Below the pieces are notes generated by a model, which was not told where the DNA came from, made no database searches, and was given only the letters and a program-made list of their open reading frames with translations. The position numbers and the translations under genes were made by a program. A stretch of 64,000 nt of DNA from Squalus acanthias (Eukaryota), in the NCBI GenBank assembly GCA_030390025.1, contig CM059432.1:144648001-144712000 (forward strand), in the 5' to 3' direction. Each line of letters starts with the position of its first letter. The first letter of the stretch is position 1. Shown here piece by piece: positions 59,990 to 64,000 of this stretch.

Positions 59990-61830
59990 TTATAACAACA
60001 TGACCAAGAATTTGATCAAAGAGTGGGTTTTAAGGAGAGGGTGGTGGAGAGATGGAGGGGTTTGAGGAGGGAAATACAGAGCATGGGGCCCAGTTGGCTG
60101 AAGGCACAGCTGAAAATGGTAGGGAAAAGATGGGGGGATACACAAGAGACCAGAGACAGAGGAACAGAGAGTTCGGGGGTAGGGGGGCTTATAGGGCTGA
60201 AGTAGGTTCCAGGGATAGGGAGGGATGAGGTCATAAAGGGATTTAAATCCGACAATGAGAATTGACATGTTGGATGACCAGGAGCCAGTGTAGGTCAGCG
60301 AGAACAGGGTTATTGGGTGAGCCGGACTTGGTGCAAGATGGGATACTGGCAGCAGAGTATTGGATGAGCTGAGGTTTATGGAGGGGAGAGGATGGGAGGC
60401 TGGCCAGGAGATCAGTGGACTAATCAATCAAGTTGGGAGGTGATAAAAGGCATGGATGAGGGATTCACGCGGCAGATGGGCTGAAGCAGGTGAAGGTGGG
60501 AGCAGGCAAAGGTGGAAGTAGGCAGGCTTTGTGATGGAGAGGATATGGGGTCGGAAACTCAGCTCGGGGTAGAATAGGACGTTGAGATTACAAACAGTGT
60601 GGTTCAGCTCAAACACTGGCCGTTGGGGTAGGAGTTGGAATCAGTGGCAAGGATACGGGGTTCACGGTGGGGACCAAAGAGGATGGCTTTGGTCTTACCA
60701 ATGTTCAGCTGGAGGAAACTGAGGCTCATCTAACATTGGATGTTGGACAAGTATTCTGACAACATGGACGCAGTGGAGGGTTCACGACAGGTGCTAGAGG
60801 TGTTGTTAACGTATATGTGGAAGCTGATCCCATGCCTGCAAATGATGTCACCAAGGGGCACCATGTAGAAGAGTGAAAAGCAGGGGGCCAGGGAAAGATC
60901 CATGGTGGACTCTAGAGGTACTGGTGCAAGGGAGGGACAAGAATTGCTGACTATGGCTCTAATTTGATAGGTAAGAGTGGAACAAAGCAACACAGTCCCA
61001 CTGAGCCACACAGTGGAGAGCATTAGAGGAGGATAGTGTGGTCAACCATGGTCCAAGGCTGCAGAGAAGTTGAGGAGGAATAATTCACCATAGTCACAGG
61101 CACAGAGGTTGTAATTTGAGACTCTGATTTGAGCCTTTTCAGTGCTGTGGCAGGGGTGAAAACCAGACTGGATAGATTTGAACATGGAGTTGTGAGAAAG
61201 ATGGACACGGCTTTGGAAGGCGACAACACATTCAAGGACTTTGGAGTATAAAGGGAGATTTGAAATGGGGCATGAACAGCGAGGTTGAGTGTTGGGTTTT
61301 GAGGGGTGGATGATAAGGTTGTTTTTGAAAGGAAGGGGTACAGTCCCGGAGGAGAGGGAGTGATTTACAATGTCAGCCAGTATGGGGGCCAGGAAGGGAG
61401 GTGGATTAGTCAGCTTTGAGTAGCAAAGGGGTCAAGAGAGTAGGAGATGGGTCTCATGAATGGGAAGAATTTGGAGAGGGCATGAGGGGGGATGGGAGAG
61501 TGAAACACAGGTTCAGGTCCAGGGCAGGGGAGAGCCTGGAGGGAAGGTTTGGTTGGTGGGAAAAGGGGAGGGGAGGGGAAGCAGCAGAGGCAACTGAACG
61601 GATGATCTCAACCCAATTGACAAAAAAGTCCATGAGCTCATCACATTAGTTATTGGAGGCAAGGATAGAGGGGGGGCAGGGGAGAGGGGCTTAAGGAGAT
61701 GGTTGGTGGTGGACAAGAGAGGCCGGGGATATCTTTGCTCTTTAGGATGACCCTGGAGTATTGGGCGGCTGTGGAAGAGAAGAGTAAGGCTCAACAGCTC
61801 TTGATGTGGTCCAAAGTAATACAGTAGCTC
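59990..61830 (-). mobile_element. Old L2 LINE fragment
   Basis: Colinear with 24230-26350 (PELSFRPHILSITKPAYFHL, YMVPLGDII, MVDHTILL). Confidence 0.88.
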
Positions 61831-62514
61831 CAATTACTCAGACAAAATATGTTGTAGTCTCCTCGTTACACCGTGCTTGGGGAAGGCAGTGTGGGAAGTG
61901 TAGTGAGTAGACTGCACAGACTTGGAATGCCTACAGTATCACATGTGGTTGTGTTGTTGAGCGAGTAATAGTTTTGTGTGTAAAGCCAGTGACAGATTTG
62001 TCTTGAAAGGAAGAGTGATGAGTCAGATTATCTGAACACTGAGAGCAAGTCAGGCTGACTGATGGAGCCTTGAGGGCTGTTGGCATCAGAAAATTCATTA
62101 AGCCTTACAAGAGAGACTTCCTTTTTAAGGCATTTAGACAACTTTAAATATATTTTTGCAGATACTTTGTTGAATGAAACTTCTTATTCAAGAACTGGGA
62201 ATAAAATGTCTCTTCCTACATAAAGAAATGCAGTGAAAAAGCATCCTATAGACATTTTTGTCTGATGTAATTTTGTTAAAGCCAGAAAACATTTGACCCG
62301 AATCATAGAAAATAGGAAGACACAGGACATGTATGTCAGGAGAGTCCTGTGAGGGAAGCTCTCTGTGAAATGAATGACGAGTAGTATAGAAGCTCGCGGA
62401 GCATTCACTTCACCCAGTTTTCAACAGTGCAGAAGGAAAGGAACAAACTATACCCTGTACAGGAACAGAAGGAACAAATACTTGTGCAGAAGATTTTTGA
62501 CAATAAAGGGGGAA

Positions 62515-62760
62515 AAAAAGACTGCATTCATATAGTGTCTTAAGTCATCAAAATGACTCCAAGCACTTTCACATAACAGGTAACGTTTAGAGTGCAATGG
62601 CTTGCTAGTATCCTGCATCAGTAACATCCCACAAACAGCAATCAGGTGAAGAAGCTGTACATCTGTTTTCCCAGTGGTGTTGGTTGAAGGAGGATTACTG
62701 GCCAGAGCAGCAGGAGATCTTTTCCCCAAGGAGTGCTGCAAGATCTTCACTGAACAGGCA
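62515..62760 (-). mobile_element. Degenerate DeuSINE-like fragment
   Basis: AAAGACTGCATTCATATAGTG...ATCCCACAAACAGCAAT...TGTTGGTTGAAGGA. Confidence 0.6.
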
Positions 62761-62894
62761 GGTCGCACCATCCAGAGCCAGGATCACTGACTTTTTACTC
62801 TTATCTAGGCTACTTGCTCAGAGAAATACTGCACTGATGTATAAATATCCTTAAAGGGAATGTGCCATCCACGTCAGGTTTCTCACCAGTGTTA

Positions 62895-63300
62895 AAGAAA
62901 TAAAGATTTGCATTTATACAGCGCCTTTCACGACCTCAGGACGTCCCATCCCAAAGCGTTTTACAGCCAATGAAGTACTTTTGAAGTGTAGTCACTAGTG
63001 TAATGTAGGAAACATGGCAGCCAATTTGCACACAGCAAGCTCTCACAAACACCAATGTGATAATGACCAGATAATCTGTTTTAGTGATGTTGATTGAGGG
63101 ATAAATATTGGCCAGGGCACCGGGGAGAACCCCCCTGGCTCTTCTTCAAAATAGTGCCATGGGATCTTTTACGTCCACCTGAGTGAGCAGACGGGGCCTC
63201 GGTTTAACGTCTCATCCGAAAGACGGCACCTCCGACATTGCAGCATTCCCTCAGTACTGACACTGGAGTGTCAGCCTAGATTTTTGTGCTCGAGTCTCTG
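62895..63300 (-). mobile_element. SacSINE1/DeuSINE-like SINE lacking most of the tRNA head
   Basis: Colinear with 23727-24125. Confidence 0.9.
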
Positions 63301-64000
63301 GGTGGAAGAGTTAGTTACCCCCAATGTTAATAGTGCAGTGCAATGTTGAAGTCACCTGCAGTGAGACACGGCAAGCGTGAGTGCGCAATGGATGACATGA
63401 TATCAGTGCTAAACAATGGAACTATTTTTTAACGTAATGTTAATACAATATTACACAGAGTTGGCTCATTTCATCCTGAATTCTAACTTAAAGCAAATAG
63501 GCAAAATTTGCCAAGATTGTCTTGGATCAAGTTGATAATTTTTTCCTCTCTGCCCATTAAGAGATTCTGGGGAAAAGAGAAAATCTTATCTAGACGTAAC
63601 CACCATTCCAAGCTGTCAAGCACATGTCCTAGACTCCACAAACTTCTTGGGGAAACTGCAGATTGAAGTGCTGGGGCTCCAAAGGCCAAAATGCCTACAG
63701 CTCCTGGGGTTCTCAGGCTTATTCGACAGTGCAATGTTTGAGACATGTTACATGCCTTGTTTGGTCGTTGAGCACAGTATACCATGATGCACAGTAGGCA
63801 CGCCCACGCAATGCCAGTGTCTCTGAATAAAGTGGCAGATGTGACTCACTGAGAAGCTCCAAGTATGTGTGGTGGCACAAAGAATACAAAAGGTGACATG
63901 GCAGGCATAGACTGGAAAGAAACTAAGGGAGAGAGGGAATAGAGTGAGAGGGAGAGTAACAAAGAGAGAGCGAGACAGAGGAGTAACAGAAAGGGGTGAG

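Noticed and set aside
45761..64000. Upstream bbs9 exon
   Set aside because: No matching peptide found by eye; probably beyond the window end.
63925..64000. GA-rich tract
   Set aside because: Low-complexity sequence truncated by the window edge; nothing further supportable.

Overview
This is eukaryotic, repeat-rich DNA, very likely from a cartilaginous fish (shark). The inference rests on SacSINE1/DeuSINE-like and HE1/V-SINE-like SINEs plus dense CR1, L2, RTE and Penelope fragments; the species cannot be determined. The only confidently recognisable host coding sequence is one minus-strand exon of BBS9/PTHB1 (45541-45760), so most of the window is bbs9 intron and 3' flank. The rest is nested transposon debris and three minisatellites, which create the long spurious ORFs. 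Best second-look items: (1) several minimal hammerhead-ribozyme motifs in Penelope-type terminal repeats, including ~120-130 bp stand-alone units with their own target-site duplications (TSDs) and a compensatory stem change; (2) two CpG-rich Harbinger-type MITE families (two copies each, 3-bp TSDs) carrying promoter-like motifs and, in one family, a cluster of splice donors; (3) hAT MITEs with termini resembling mammalian MER81/94 and MER3/33; (4) a solo LTR; (5) Myb/SANT and DIRS-gag relics; (6) orphan exon-shaped segments in the bbs9 intron. I cannot show a wholly new biological system. All family names come from recall, not a database search, and boundaries of old repeats are approximate.
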